This document shows, one piece after another, positions 25,273-35,200 of a stretch of DNA of 46,272 nt; position 1 is the first letter of the stretch, and each line of letters starts with the position of its first letter. This stretch comes from a virus (Duplodnaviria > Caudoviricetes): the IMG/VR virus record IMGVR_UViG_3300033475_000047, positions 1-46,272 of that record. One strand, written 5' to 3'. The position numbers and the translations under genes were made by a program. The notes under the pieces were generated by a model. The model was not told where the DNA came from, searched no databases, and saw only the letters and a list, made by a program, of their open reading frames with translations.

Positions 25273-26807
25273 TGCTTCAAGTCCTAAAGAATACTTCTAC
25301 CTTCACGCCCTCCTCCCACCAGGCCGCCATCTTCCATTTTGTGGAGCAGGGCCGCGGGTCCGCGATCGTGGAGGCGGTGGCCGGCTCCGGCAAGTCCACC
25401 ACCATCAAACAGTGCGTGCTCCGCATCCCGGTGACCAAATCCATCCATATTTTTGCCTTCAACGTCATCATTGCCAAGGAGATGCGCGAGGCCATTGAGA
25501 AGCTCGGCAAGGAAACCGGCCGGGATATGTCCCGCGTGCGGGTCACGACCTTCCATTCGGTCGGCTTCTCCGCCATCTGCAAGCGGCTCAATAAGAAGCC
25601 CGACCAGGTGGAGACGGACTCCAGCAAGGTCAAGAAGATACTGCAGGCCCAACTCTCCGAGGCCGATTACGACATCTATGGTGCCTTCTGCGCCAAGCTC
25701 GTGGGGCTCGCCAAGGGTCAGGGCTTCGGCGCGCTCGTGCCGGCCGGCACGCAGGATTGGCTGGACCTGATTGCGCATCATGACCTGTTTCTGGACTCGG
25801 AGGAAGCAAGCGAGGAGCTCGCGGTGCAGTTTGCCCGCGCCGCGCTGCGCCGCTCCAACGAGCTCGCCCAAACCGGCATGCTGGACTTCGACGACCATCT
25901 TTATATTCCCCTGCTCTGGAAGCTGCGGCTTTGGCAGAACGATTGGGTCTTTATCGATGAGGCCCAGGATACCAACCCGGTTCGTCGCGCGATCGCCACC
26001 AAGGCCCTGCGCTCCGGTGGCCGTCTCATGGCCGTTGGCGATCGCCATCAGGCCATCTATGGCTTTACCGGCGCGAGCCACGATGCCATGGACCTTATCA
26101 AGGAGGCCTTCAACTGCGCCGAGTTCCCCCTGTCCGTCAGCTATCGCTGCTGCCGCAAGGTGGTGGAGCTCGCCCAGACCCTGGTCCCGCAGATCGAGGC
26201 CGCGGAGAATGCCGTTGAGGGTGCGGTAACGCACACCACTCTGAAGGACGCGCTCACGCGCCTGTCCAACAAGGACGCCATCATGTGCCGCAATACCGCG
26301 CCGCTGATTGACCTGGCCTTTGCGCTCGTGGCGCAGGGCAGGGGGTGCCGGGTGCTGGGCCGCGAGATCGGCGCCAACCTGGTGAACCTCGTCAAGCGTC
26401 AGAAGGCCAAGGGCCTGCAGAACCTGCTGGACAAGCTGGCGAACTATTGCGAGCGGGAGGTGACCAAGGCCATCTCCGAGGGCAATGAGGTTCGCGCCGA
26501 GGCCATCCGCGATCGCGTGGACTGCGTGAAGATTGTCGCCGAGCACCTGCCGGAAAACCAGAAGACGGTGCCGGCGCTCTGCCTCAAGATCGAGGGCCTG
26601 TTCGGCGAGGCCGGCGAGGCCGACGTGCTCAGCCTCTCCACCATGCACAAGCTCAAGGGCTCGGAGTTTGAGCGCTGCGCCATCTACAAGCCGGAGCTCT
26701 GCCCCTCCAAGTCGGCCAAGCAGGAATGGCAGCTGCAGCAGGAGTACAACCTCCTTTATGTCGGCTACACGCGCGCCAAGCTGGAACTGATGATGGTGAG
26801 TGGCTGA
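25272..26807 (+). CDS. Second UvrD/Rep-family (SF1) helicase
   Basis: AVAGSGKST, AFN, TFHSVG, IDEAQD, VGDRHQAIYGF, SYRC, STMHKLKGSE, YVGYTRA. Confidence 0.92.
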   Translation: MLQVLKNTSTFTPSSHQAAIFHFVEQGRGSAIVEAVAGSGKSTTIKQCVLRIPVTKSIHIFAFNVIIAKEMREAIEKLGKETGRDMSRVRVTTFHSVGFSAICKRLNKKPDQVETDSSKVKKILQAQLSEADYDIYGAFCAKLVGLAKGQGFGALVPAGTQDWLDLIAHHDLFLDSEEASEELAVQFARAALRRSNELAQTGMLDFDDHLYIPLLWKLRLWQNDWVFIDEAQDTNPVRRAIATKALRSGGRLMAVGDRHQAIYGFTGASHDAMDLIKEAFNCAEFPLSVSYRCCRKVVELAQTLVPQIEAAENAVEGAVTHTTLKDALTRLSNKDAIMCRNTAPLIDLAFALVAQGRGCRVLGREIGANLVNLVKRQKAKGLQNLLDKLANYCEREVTKAISEGNEVRAEAIRDRVDCVKIVAEHLPENQKTVPALCLKIEGLFGEAGEADVLSLSTMHKLKGSEFERCAIYKPELCPSKSAKQEWQLQQEYNLLYVGYTRAKLELMMVSG

Positions 26808-27036
26808 TATGAAAAGACATGAAGCCATGAAAGTAGAGTGCCCATTATGCGGAGCACTTCCTGGACGGAAATGCTTTGGTCGGAGACGACTGCGTAAAAG
26901 CTGTCACCAGGCACGCCACTTCGCTGCGGCTGGAAAGACGGTTCCGCATAAAGGAACTTGCGCGATAGAAGCTAAGGACGATGGTATTAGCAGCTGTGAT
27001 TGTGGCGTAGCTGAAATTAATAGGAGGATAAAATGA
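26800..27036 (+). CDS. Zinc-finger protein
   Basis: CPLCGALPGRKC...HQAR and H...C...CDC. Confidence 0.6.
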   Translation: MADMKRHEAMKVECPLCGALPGRKCFGRRRLRKSCHQARHFAAAGKTVPHKGTCAIEAKDDGISSCDCGVAEINRRIK

Positions 27037-27656
27037 ACAACCTGGTCAGAAAATCACCCAGCATGCTCCGCCAGACCTGGCTGGAAAACTGCCTGGCGGC
27101 GATGCGCAAGCACTTTGAGAAGCACGGCTTTGAGGTGCCGGCCAGCACGCGGGTGTCCATTGGCTTCGGTTACGGCCGCGCCGAGAAGATCGCCGGCCAG
27201 TGCTGGGCGCCGGAGTCAAGCTCCGACAAGCACTGCGAGATTTTCGTCTCGCCCTCCAGCAAGGATGCGACCGACATCATCGGCACCCTGGCACACGAGC
27301 TCTGCCACGCCGTGGACGGCAACAAGAACGGCCACAAGGGAGCGTTTAAACGCATCGCCCTGGCGATCGGCCTGACAGGCAAGATGACCTCCACCGTCAA
27401 TGGTGAGATCATGAACGCCTTCGCCAAGGAGTTCATCAAGAAGAATGGCGACTACCCGGCCGGCTCGCTGAGCAAGCTCAAGGGTCCGGGCAAGAAGCAG
27501 GGTACCCGGCTCATCAAGTGCGAGTGCCCCGAGTGTGGCTACACGGTCCGCACCACCCGGAAGTGGCTGGACGAGCTCGGGCCGCCGCGCTGCGCCGTCG
27601 CCAAGCACGGCCAGATGAATAGCGATTATGAAGGAGAGGAGGGCGAAGATGAGTGA
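27033..27656 (+). CDS. SprT-like zinc metalloprotease with C-terminal zinc ribbon
   Basis: GQCW, EIFVSP, TLAHELCHA...GH...F, KCECPECGYTVRTTRKW. Confidence 0.8.
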   Translation: MNNLVRKSPSMLRQTWLENCLAAMRKHFEKHGFEVPASTRVSIGFGYGRAEKIAGQCWAPESSSDKHCEIFVSPSSKDATDIIGTLAHELCHAVDGNKNGHKGAFKRIALAIGLTGKMTSTVNGEIMNAFAKEFIKKNGDYPAGSLSKLKGPGKKQGTRLIKCECPECGYTVRTTRKWLDELGPPRCAVAKHGQMNSDYEGEEGEDE

Positions 27657-28107
27657 ATATCGCACAATATATCGGGCCATGAAGTGCCCATGCGGGCACG
27701 AGGTTTGTAAGGCCTGGATGGTTGACCCCGCAGCCGCGGTGCAGGGAGTTCGCTTCACCCAGGAGGAGGCGGAGGCCGTCGCCGACTTCCTCAACCAGCG
27801 CCAGCGCCTGGAGCTTACGCCGAAGATCGTGAAGCGCTGGGAGGTGGACTGGTACGTGTGCCGCGCCGACCACGAGGACGTGGCCTTTGAGAAGAAGCAG
27901 GCAAGGGAGGAGAAGCGCAGGCCCAAGTTCACCGAGACCGGCGCCGAGCTCTGGCGCTCGGCGCGCTCCATTGGACCTATCGCCATCGATCATTCCCACT
28001 GGGGCGGCTATCAGCTCTCGTTGAACCAGGCCCAGGTGGATTGGGTGACGCGCGCCTGCCTGCGCTATGAGGCGGCCGGCAATCCCTTTCCGGAGGACGC
28101 GTCGTGA
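27649..28107 (+). CDS. Hypothetical protein
   Basis: GGAG RBS; CPCGH..C at the N-terminus. Confidence 0.65.
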   Translation: MSEYRTIYRAMKCPCGHEVCKAWMVDPAAAVQGVRFTQEEAEAVADFLNQRQRLELTPKIVKRWEVDWYVCRADHEDVAFEKKQAREEKRRPKFTETGAELWRSARSIGPIAIDHSHWGGYQLSLNQAQVDWVTRACLRYEAAGNPFPEDAS

Positions 28108-28292
28108 TCGGCGGCCTCATCGTCGGCTTCTGCGTCGGGGTCCTGTTCACCAGCTGGCGCTATCACGTCAACGCCGGCCCAATCGTGGCCCAGGCCGAGC
28201 GCGTCGCCCACGTCCTAACCCGAACGAACGAGCCCATCGGGCCCGAGCTCCAGGAGCTCGGCCGGCGGGTCTACTTGAGGAGGCCCATGTGA
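28104..28292 (+). CDS. Small membrane protein
   Basis: GGAGG RBS; GTGA overlap; N-terminal hydrophobic helix. Confidence 0.55.
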   Translation: MIGGLIVGFCVGVLFTSWRYHVNAGPIVAQAERVAHVLTRTNEPIGPELQELGRRVYLRRPM

Positions 28293-28783
28293 GACCAGAT
28301 AGATTCACCGCGAGCGAAGGAGACCTGATCGTGGAGCAGCCCAAATCCGCACTGATGGAGCTGGTGGAGGCGGCCGTGGAAGCGGCGCAGGCCCAGCTGG
28401 CCAGATATGGCCAGATTGATCCGACCTTTTTCATCATGACCGAGCACCGGCTCCGCGTGGTGATTACACCATTTACAAACGAGTTCGAGAAGACCTGTGC
28501 CTATACCACCATCCGCCAGCTGATCGCCGAGACCGGCGCGTGGGGTTACGTCATGGTGAGCGAGGCGTGGATGAGCTCCGATCCCACCGTAAAACCGCAG
28601 GATGCGGAGGACCGGCGCGACGTGCTCGTGATCTCCGCGCGCACCATTAGCGGTGAGACCTACGTCGCCACCGCCGACATTCCCGACGCCAAGCCGCGCC
28701 AGGCGGGAGAGCTCAAGGCTCTGGAAGGTGAGTTGGACGGCGATGCCATCAACTTTTTCAGCCCGCACATGAGGATAATGTGA
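28289..28783 (+). CDS. Hypothetical protein (start at 28289 or 28331)
   Basis: RBS before both GTGs; YVMVSEAWM...P.....RRDVL. Confidence 0.7.
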   Translation: MRPDRFTASEGDLIVEQPKSALMELVEAAVEAAQAQLARYGQIDPTFFIMTEHRLRVVITPFTNEFEKTCAYTTIRQLIAETGAWGYVMVSEAWMSSDPTVKPQDAEDRRDVLVISARTISGETYVATADIPDAKPRQAGELKALEGELDGDAINFFSPHMRIM

Positions 28784-29130
28784 AAACGCACTACATAAAG
28801 AGCATCACGGTCGAGGACATGTCCGAGGCTGAAATCCGGCTGCTGGCTCTGGCGATGCAGTGGACCGAGCACGGCACTCTTTACGGCTATCCCGAGTGCT
28901 GCCGTACCGCCTTCTGCGGCATGATGCTCAGCACGCCGCAGCGCCAGCCAAAACCCGGCCCGTGGACCGGCTCCGGCTTTATCCCATGCCCCGACTGCCG
29001 GAGGCTTATCGCCGAGATCGGCCTGGAAAAATACGTGGAGAAGTTCATTATGCCCAACCGCAAATTTGAAAAGCCCTTTCCCATTGACGCCATGGGCGCG
29101 CCGGAGAATTATAAATGGCCACCTACATGA
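28780..29130 (+). CDS. Cys-rich hypothetical protein
   Basis: G.LYGYPECC..AF...GFIPCPDC. Confidence 0.7.
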   Translation: MKTHYIKSITVEDMSEAEIRLLALAMQWTEHGTLYGYPECCRTAFCGMMLSTPQRQPKPGPWTGSGFIPCPDCRRLIAEIGLEKYVEKFIMPNRKFEKPFPIDAMGAPENYKWPPT

Positions 29131-29303
29131 CCTGCTACGAGCCGCCTCCCGAAAAACCCCGCTGCCCGCTCTGCTACCCCCTGCTCTACGTTATTGTATT
29201 TTTCGCCAGCATGGTCGTGCTCACCGGCCTGGTGATGGAGCTGGTAGAATTGCGGGCGGTGCTGGAGCCAGGGGGTATGGCGGGCGCTCGAGTCCCGTGG
29301 TAG
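29127..29303 (+). CDS. Small membrane protein
   Basis: ATGA overlap; single hydrophobic helix. Confidence 0.45.
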   Translation: MTCYEPPPEKPRCPLCYPLLYVIVFFASMVVLTGLVMELVELRAVLEPGGMAGARVPW

Positions 29304-29387
29304 GCTTGCTCTACCTGTGATGTTTTCAGAGCTGGTCCAACGCTGGACGGGAGAGTGTCATGTGAATGTTGAAGGACGGCGCGCGTA

Positions 29388-29430
29388 AAGAAAAGGCCCG
29401 CTCGGGAAATCCCGGCGGGCCTTTTTGTTT
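29388..29430. terminator. Bidirectional rho-independent terminator
   Basis: AAAAGGCCCGC-T-CGGGA-AA-TCCCG-GCGGGCCTTTTT between convergent gene blocks. Confidence 0.9.
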
Positions 29431-29451
29431 CAGCAATGATAAGTTCAATAA

Positions 29452-29649
29452 TCAGTCGGGCTGGCTCTGGATCACGGCGCTCTGCGCCTTCACCCGATCC
29501 AGCAGTGCGTCAATATCGGCCTGCGTCGGCTCGTTGCCATCGGCGAACAGCTTTTGGAAATCGGCGATGGCCCGGGCAATTGCCGGCTCCACGGTCGGGA
29601 ATAGCGCCAGCAGCTGCAGAACAACGGCTAATACATCTTGAGCTTTCAA
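29452..29649 (-). CDS. Small hypothetical protein
   Basis: AGGAGG RBS; TTG start; last gene of the late operon. Confidence 0.65.
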   Translation of the reverse strand: MKAQDVLAVVLQLLALFPTVEPAIARAIADFQKLFADGNEPTQADIDALLDRVKAQSAVIQSQPD

Positions 29650-29658
29650 GGTCGCCTC

Positions 29659-30051
29659 CTAGCGCTTGATGATCGCGATTGCCGGCGCGATCGTGGTTTC
29701 GGCGTTCATGATGGCCTGGATGGCCGCGGTGAGCTCGCCACTGTCACCGACGTTCGTGGCCATGACCTTTCGGGCGGCCTCGATCGCGGTGCTCGCTGCC
29801 AGGTCCAGGGCCTTCATCTTGGCGTGCACCGCCTGGTCGCGGCAAATGGGTGTGGACCCATCGCAAACCGGCAAGTTGCCATAGGCGATGACGGCCGGCT
29901 GATAGACGTCGGCATAGGTGGTGATCGCCACCTGCGTCGCTCTGATGGCGTCGCTGGCAACGTCGGGACTGGCCTTCTGCAGTGCGGCGCAGGCACCCAG
30001 GCTCAAGGCCAGGCTGCCGGCGAGCACGAGCATCTTCAATGCGTGCTTCAT
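29659..30051 (-). CDS. Predicted lipoprotein
   Basis: MKHALKMLVLAGSLALSLGAC lipobox; GGAGG RBS. Confidence 0.75.
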   Translation of the reverse strand: MKHALKMLVLAGSLALSLGACAALQKASPDVASDAIRATQVAITTYADVYQPAVIAYGNLPVCDGSTPICRDQAVHAKMKALDLAASTAIEAARKVMATNVGDSGELTAAIQAIMNAETTIAPAIAIIKR

Positions 30052-30068
30052 TACTTACCTCCGGGTTA

Positions 30069-30179
30069 CTGCGCTGGAATATCCAGCCGCAGGGAAAGAC
30101 CGTCCGGCTCCATCGCGACCATTGTTCACCCCGGAGGGGAGAGAAGGTGTTCGCAGGAGTATGATGAAACCGGACGGCC
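30069..30179 (-). other. Structured intergenic RNA segment
   Basis: 17-bp stem between 30098-30114 and 30163-30179, fully paired only on the minus strand through G-U pairs; second hairpin at 30069-30092. Confidence 0.55.
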
Positions 30180-30193
30180 CGTCGCTGTGGCCG

Positions 30194-30421
30194 TTACCTA
30201 TGTGCGGAAAGCAGGCCAATGATGACACCGATGAAACCGCCCACAATCATTGTCAAACCAAACCAGGCCTTCTGGCCGCCGGTCATCTGATTGAATTTTC
30301 CGAGCAGTGTCTTTATGTCGGTTTTAATCTCGCCCATGTCTAAATTGTACTGTTCCTTGAGCTGCTGCATCTCGTGCTCCAGAATAGCAATACGAACTTC
30401 ATCGGATATTTTGTCGCTCAC
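30194..30421 (-). CDS. Small coiled-coil plus C-terminal TM protein (holin/XhlA-like)
   Basis: Heptad N-terminus and hydrophobic C-terminus; lysis-region context. Confidence 0.6.
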   Translation of the reverse strand: MSDKISDEVRIAILEHEMQQLKEQYNLDMGEIKTDIKTLLGKFNQMTGGQKAWFGLTMIVGGFIGVIIGLLSAHR

Positions 30422-30595
30422 GTCCAGGAACCCTTTCCGGGGAGGGGCGTTATACCGCCCATGGCTATTCTAAAAACGGGTTACGAATCGCTTCGGGACG
30501 GGTGGCAGCTGGGGGTTATCCTCCTGCACCTGGCCCGTGACCTCCTGCGCTTAAAGCTCCTGGAAAGGCGCTTCCGGCGCGTAGAGGCCCACCTG

Positions 30596-30919
30596 CTACG
30601 GGTCCACGCAGCCTAGAGCCTTACGACGCGCGGTATAATCGCTCAGGGCGAGCCGGGTGCTCCTGGTATCACCCAGAGTTCCGCGGGCGTACCCGAGGGG
30701 GTCCGAGGCCTCGGCCAGGGCCGCCAGCACGTCCTGAACGCTTACCTCCGGCTTTCCTGGCTGGAACCGAAGGGGTGGAAATTCACTGCAGGCCAGTGGC
30801 TCAGTCGGCGTGGGGCTTCCACGGCCGGCGATCGGCGGCGCTGGATTCCCGGTCGAGCAGCCGACCATCATCGGCAGTGCGCTGATGATCGCCAGCCTTT
30901 GCAGTCCTCCTAACCTCAT
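30596..30919 (-). CDS. Putative o-spanin (Rz1-like lipoprotein)
   Basis: Hydrophobic leader, MVGC lipobox, Pro-rich; GGAGG RBS; overlaps the preceding gene in another frame. Confidence 0.55.
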   Translation of the reverse strand: MRLGGLQRLAIISALPMMVGCSTGNPAPPIAGRGSPTPTEPLACSEFPPLRFQPGKPEVSVQDVLAALAEASDPLGYARGTLGDTRSTRLALSDYTARRKALGCVDP

Positions 30920-31049
30920 CAAGCCCTCCTTGCGCGTTGTCGCGCTCAACTTCCGCGCGGCCCAGCTGCCGATCGGTGCTGGGTCGCAGCAGGCGCCAGA
31001 GCTTCAAACCCCAGCTCCCGATGCCCAGCAGGAGACTTATAAACCACAA
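30801..31049 (-). CDS. Putative i-spanin (Rz-like)
   Basis: N-terminal TM (WFISLLLGIGSWGLKLW) then charged helix; TTG start after AAGGA. Confidence 0.5.
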   Translation of the reverse strand: MWFISLLLGIGSWGLKLWRLLRPSTDRQLGRAEVERDNAQGGLDEVRRTAKAGDHQRTADDGRLLDRESSAADRRPWKPHAD

Positions 31050-31053
31050 ATCG

Positions 31054-31431
31054 TTATTCCTTTGCGATTGATTTAGGTGAAGGTGCAAAATCCTTCACAA
31101 TTTCCTGCGCCGTCTTGACCGTCACCGCCTTCGGCGGTGTGCTTCCGTCATTCTTGTCCACCACCGAACCGTCCTCGGCCAAGGCTGAACCACTCGCGGT
31201 GAGATTGATGCCGGCCTGCACGGCCGCGGCAATCGTCTTCTTGAGGGTCACGAGCTTCTCGAATACGGCCCAGGCCATCGGACCTGCAACCATGATGGAG
31301 CCGGCGGCCTGCATCACCAGGGCATAGGCATGCGTATCGCCGAGCTTCATATAGACCATGATTGCGCCAACGGCAATCAACACTCCGCGAGTTGCGGCAA
31401 AGACGGCAACGATATTTGGGCTAGGGTTCAT
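31054..31431 (-). CDS. Putative holin
   Basis: Two TM segments; downstream of the endolysin. Confidence 0.6.
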   Translation of the reverse strand: MNPSPNIVAVFAATRGVLIAVGAIMVYMKLGDTHAYALVMQAAGSIMVAGPMAWAVFEKLVTLKKTIAAAVQAGINLTASGSALAEDGSVVDKNDGSTPPKAVTVKTAQEIVKDFAPSPKSIAKE

Positions 31432-31673
31432 TCTTCGGGTCCTTTATCAGCTTGCTTGTTTTTCAAATTACCGGGGAACATATTGAGGACGGCGCCCAGT
31501 ATCATGAAGAAGGCGGGCCCGATCGTATTATAAAATCGATCGGTATCAACTGGAAGCCCGAGCATCCTGGCGGCGATAAAACCGCCAACAATGGCCGTCG
31601 TCATGAAAACAAAAACAAAGGAGACGCAGCAAGCGAACAGCCATATGACCTTGTTTTTCGTTGCGTCGTTCAT
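31428..31673 (-). CDS. Two-TM membrane protein (holin or antiholin candidate)
   Basis: Two hydrophobic helices and a charged C-terminus; adjacent to the endolysin. Confidence 0.6.
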   Translation of the reverse strand: MNDATKNKVIWLFACCVSFVFVFMTTAIVGGFIAARMLGLPVDTDRFYNTIGPAFFMILGAVLNMFPGNLKNKQADKGPEE

Positions 31674-32200
31674 ACAACCTCCAACACGTTCGGCGCGGTC
31701 AATCCCGCGGCCAGCTCCTTCTGAACGCGCGCGATGATCTCGCCGCGGGTGATGTGGCCGTCGTGATTCAGGTCCAGGCCCTTATTCTGCAGGTAGAGCT
31801 TGGGCCTGGCCTCATCCCCCTGCTCGAAAATCACGGTGGTGTCCAGCTTGCCGATCATTCCCGGCCAGAGGATCGCGCCATATACGTCGCCCAGCGAATG
31901 CAGCCGGCGCGACCAGGGCTTGAAATACAGCTCCACATACAGCAGCTGGTCCTCCGCCTTGAGCGTGGCGAGCTCCTCCACCGACGTGCCCAAGGCGCCG
32001 GCCGTAGAGGGCATAAACTGGATGAGACCCACCGCACCCGAGCCGGCCGCATTGCGGATGCAGGGGGAGAAGGTGCGGCCGGTTTCGAAGGCCATGCAGG
32101 CCATGAGCCAGGACGGATCATCGATACCGAGCCGCTTGCAGGCGGCGATGGTGAGACGGCCGAACTGGTCCGAGACCTTCTGTCCCCAGGCGAGCATCAT
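31670..32200 (-). CDS. Endolysin, lytic transglycosylase fold
   Basis: LMACMAFETGRTFSP...SGAVGLIQFMP...QL.YV..YF...NKGLDLNHDG.IT. Confidence 0.85.
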   Translation of the reverse strand: MMLAWGQKVSDQFGRLTIAACKRLGIDDPSWLMACMAFETGRTFSPCIRNAAGSGAVGLIQFMPSTAGALGTSVEELATLKAEDQLLYVELYFKPWSRRLHSLGDVYGAILWPGMIGKLDTTVIFEQGDEARPKLYLQNKGLDLNHDGHITRGEIIARVQKELAAGLTAPNVLEVV

Positions 32201-35200
32201 GACCGATACTTAACCACGTGATTGGCGAAGAAGGTGAAGTTGGACGTGACGCAATTGTCGTTTGCACACTGCGCGGCGTAGGCATCCCAGGCCGTCTTGG
32301 CCGCGGCGTAGTTTCCAGGCACCAGCGAAGCGATGGCCAACGAGGCCTTGAGCTCCAACTGCTGATCGTTCGACGTGAAGCCCTGTGGGAAGGCGAAGGC
32401 GTGACCGGAGTTGTTCGGCCCCGCTGGCGGCATCGACATTGTCCAATTGCCGGACGTGATCGGCGTGGTGTTGAGGAACGGCGAGATGATGTTGCAGACG
32501 ATGGAGTTATACGCCTGCGTTGCGACACCAGCGCCCACGGACGTAATCTGCGCCAGGCCCGCGGCTACTACCATGCTGCCGGAAGTCGTGAACTGGACCT
32601 GATTGGTGAGGCCGGCATCGGTGAAGACTTGAATGTTGTTCGCATCCACCTTCTTGACGTAGTAGATCGTCCGGCCATAGGACAGCGGTTGTGAGGGCCG
32701 GCCGCCGCCGCTGCCGGCGCCAAAGTAGATTTGATCGCCGTCGTTGTACGGGTGGCCGGTGATCGTCATGTTCCACGGCGTTGCCGTCTGGTTGGAGCTG
32801 ACGTTGAACACCTGCCCGGAAATGTAGGCACCGATGGCGTGCGTGTAGAGCGTGTTGGCGTTGAGGTTGAATGTAACGCTGCTGCCGGTCGTCGCGGTCG
32901 GAGTCAATGTTGCGGGCGGCTCGGGGTTGAGTGCCGTGGGTGAGCCCGCGATGCTCGTTCCCGGGAAGCAGTAGATGAGCGTATCATTGAGATCGGCCAG
33001 GCTAGTAAGCTGCTTGCCACTGGCGAACCGGAAAACGTCCGAGCCTAAGACCCATTGCACGGTGGCGATGTACGGCGAGCAGATATCGGACGATGCGTTG
33101 AAGTATTGCATCGGCAGGTCCGCAACCCACGTCATGAATTGCAGGCCATAACTGCTGAGGACCTGGTTCTCATACAAGTTGCCCATGGCCAGCAAATTGA
33201 AGCCGGTCTGGTAGCCGGTAGCCGATCCAGCGCCTCCAGTGAGAGCGTTGGCCCACATGTGCGCATTGCCCTTCGACGCGGGCATGACACCATTATAATC
33301 GGGGCCGGTGACATAAAGGTCGGTTAGACCAGCGTTAGATACGGAGCCGTTGTGGAAGTAATTATCCAACATCGTCTTGTGTACTGACAGCGCGGCGAAG
33401 ATGCTGGTCACCGAATCGTCGGGTCGATGCATGACGGGCATGCCCATCGACTTTAGACCCGACCAGGCGGTGACGCGCTGCTGATATGGCGCGTTGGTTC
33501 CGCCCGTTGAGCCCGCGGCGCTACGGTTGTAACCGTCGCCACCATTGCTTATCATCATCCAGCGCGTTGTTGCTTCCAGCTGCATGGCGTCCAGAATTTC
33601 CGGATTGCAGGTCAAAACGTAGCTGAGCCGCGAGGACGTGTTGCAATGCGCGGTATCCAGCTGGACCCAGGCGAAGGTGGCGCCGAACCCGGGACCAGAG
33701 GCCTGGCCCGGATCAAACCAGAAACAGGGGGCACCAGTCGTTGCGGGGTTGGTATTCCAGCTACCGCTGCCAAGCTTCGGATAGGCACTCATTGCCGCTG
33801 CAAAGCCCGTATTGTCATCACGGATGTAGGTCCGGATGTTGAAGATGCGATTGCAGGCCGTCATTACTCCACGCCACGCTGCATAACCGCCGCCGCCGAG
33901 CCAATATAGATCGAACACGGAGTCCATGCCGAGGCCGGAATTGCCACCAGACTTGCTTTCCTGCAGCGCGTAATTCCACTCGTTTAAACCACTCGATCCC
34001 TCGCCCAGGTAGGCGGGCTTATTGTAGTCGGCGCTGTCGGGATAGAGCGTCGCATTGCTCGACTTTCCATAAGTGTTGATGGTAGTCGTGGTGCTGGAAA
34101 TGGCCGAAGTCAACCCAGCCGAGCCGGCGAACTGTGGCAGGTCGTAGTTGAGCAGCACCTTGCTATCGAGCAGATATTGATTCTTGTAGGAGGTGTAATG
34201 CCGCGGGGTCTGATTCTGCCAGATGATTTCTACCGGCGCCGCGCCGCGTGGAATCACACCGCCCATGATGTTCCAGTTGCCCGACGTATAGGTGCCGTAG
34301 GTGACACCACGCGCAGGAGATGACGGCGGATTGTTGGTCTGGTTTTCATAACCCGCCCAGCCAAATGAGCCGCTGGGGACACCGCCGATGCCAACGCACA
34401 AGGTGTCGGAGGTGCCGGTGCGCGTGATCGAAGTAATGACGTCCCAATCTTCGCAGTCGGTGAAGGCACCGGCAGCCGGACCAGTGTAGGTTCCAGGCGT
34501 GGTGCTGCCATTCGTGCGCGTACCATTTATCGTGATGGAGCAGCCGGTATTGTTATTGGGTGACCACATGAACACGCGGGGAACACCCGAAGCGCGCGGA
34601 TAGCCCTTGGTGCCGCTACCGTCATTGGCGCAATTTTTGCCGTTGAGAGACAGAGAGCCGCCAGTGCCGGTTTGTCCGGTGCAGATGGCACCGGCATCCT
34701 GCGGCGCGTTGAACTGTACGGCCGATTGATTGGCAGCTACCGACATCGTGAGGCCGGTACCACCGCCGCCACTGAAGGTTGGCGTGCCCACGGTACCGAA
34801 CTTGGTGCAAATAATCTTCACCACGGCGCCGCTGGCCAGATCGATGATGGCACGGAATACGGCAGAACCACCCGAATTGATCGTCGGCGGCGTGGTAAAT
34901 CCGGTACCACCAGCGGTGACGTTGATTTGTGACTGCGTGGCGCGACCAACGGTATACATGACCTGACCCGTTGTGCCAACGCAAATCGGACGGCTGAGAT
35001 GTGTCTGATCGAACGTAAAGGCGCCAGAGCTGATCCAGGCAACCGGCGAACAGGACGTCCAACGGGCTGATGGAGTGAGGCCTGAAATTGTGGGCGCCAG
35101 GCTTCCCAGGCCCACCTCTAAGGTAGCGTTGGGAGTTTCCATCGTGCGAAACCAGCGCGCAACACCGCCAATGCTCCAGTCAGCAGAGCGATAAATGATA

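Noticed and set aside
113-26828. Long antisense ORFs (113-1420, 7042-7950, 9370-10758, 12433-13428, 17663-19396, 25284-26828 on the - strand)
   Set aside because: They mirror well-supported + strand genes, carry no motifs, and are expected from high GC3 codon bias
30422-30595. Intergenic gap and + strand ORF 30374-30616
   Set aside because: Only short hairpins; the ORF opposes the late operon and has no motif or clear RBS
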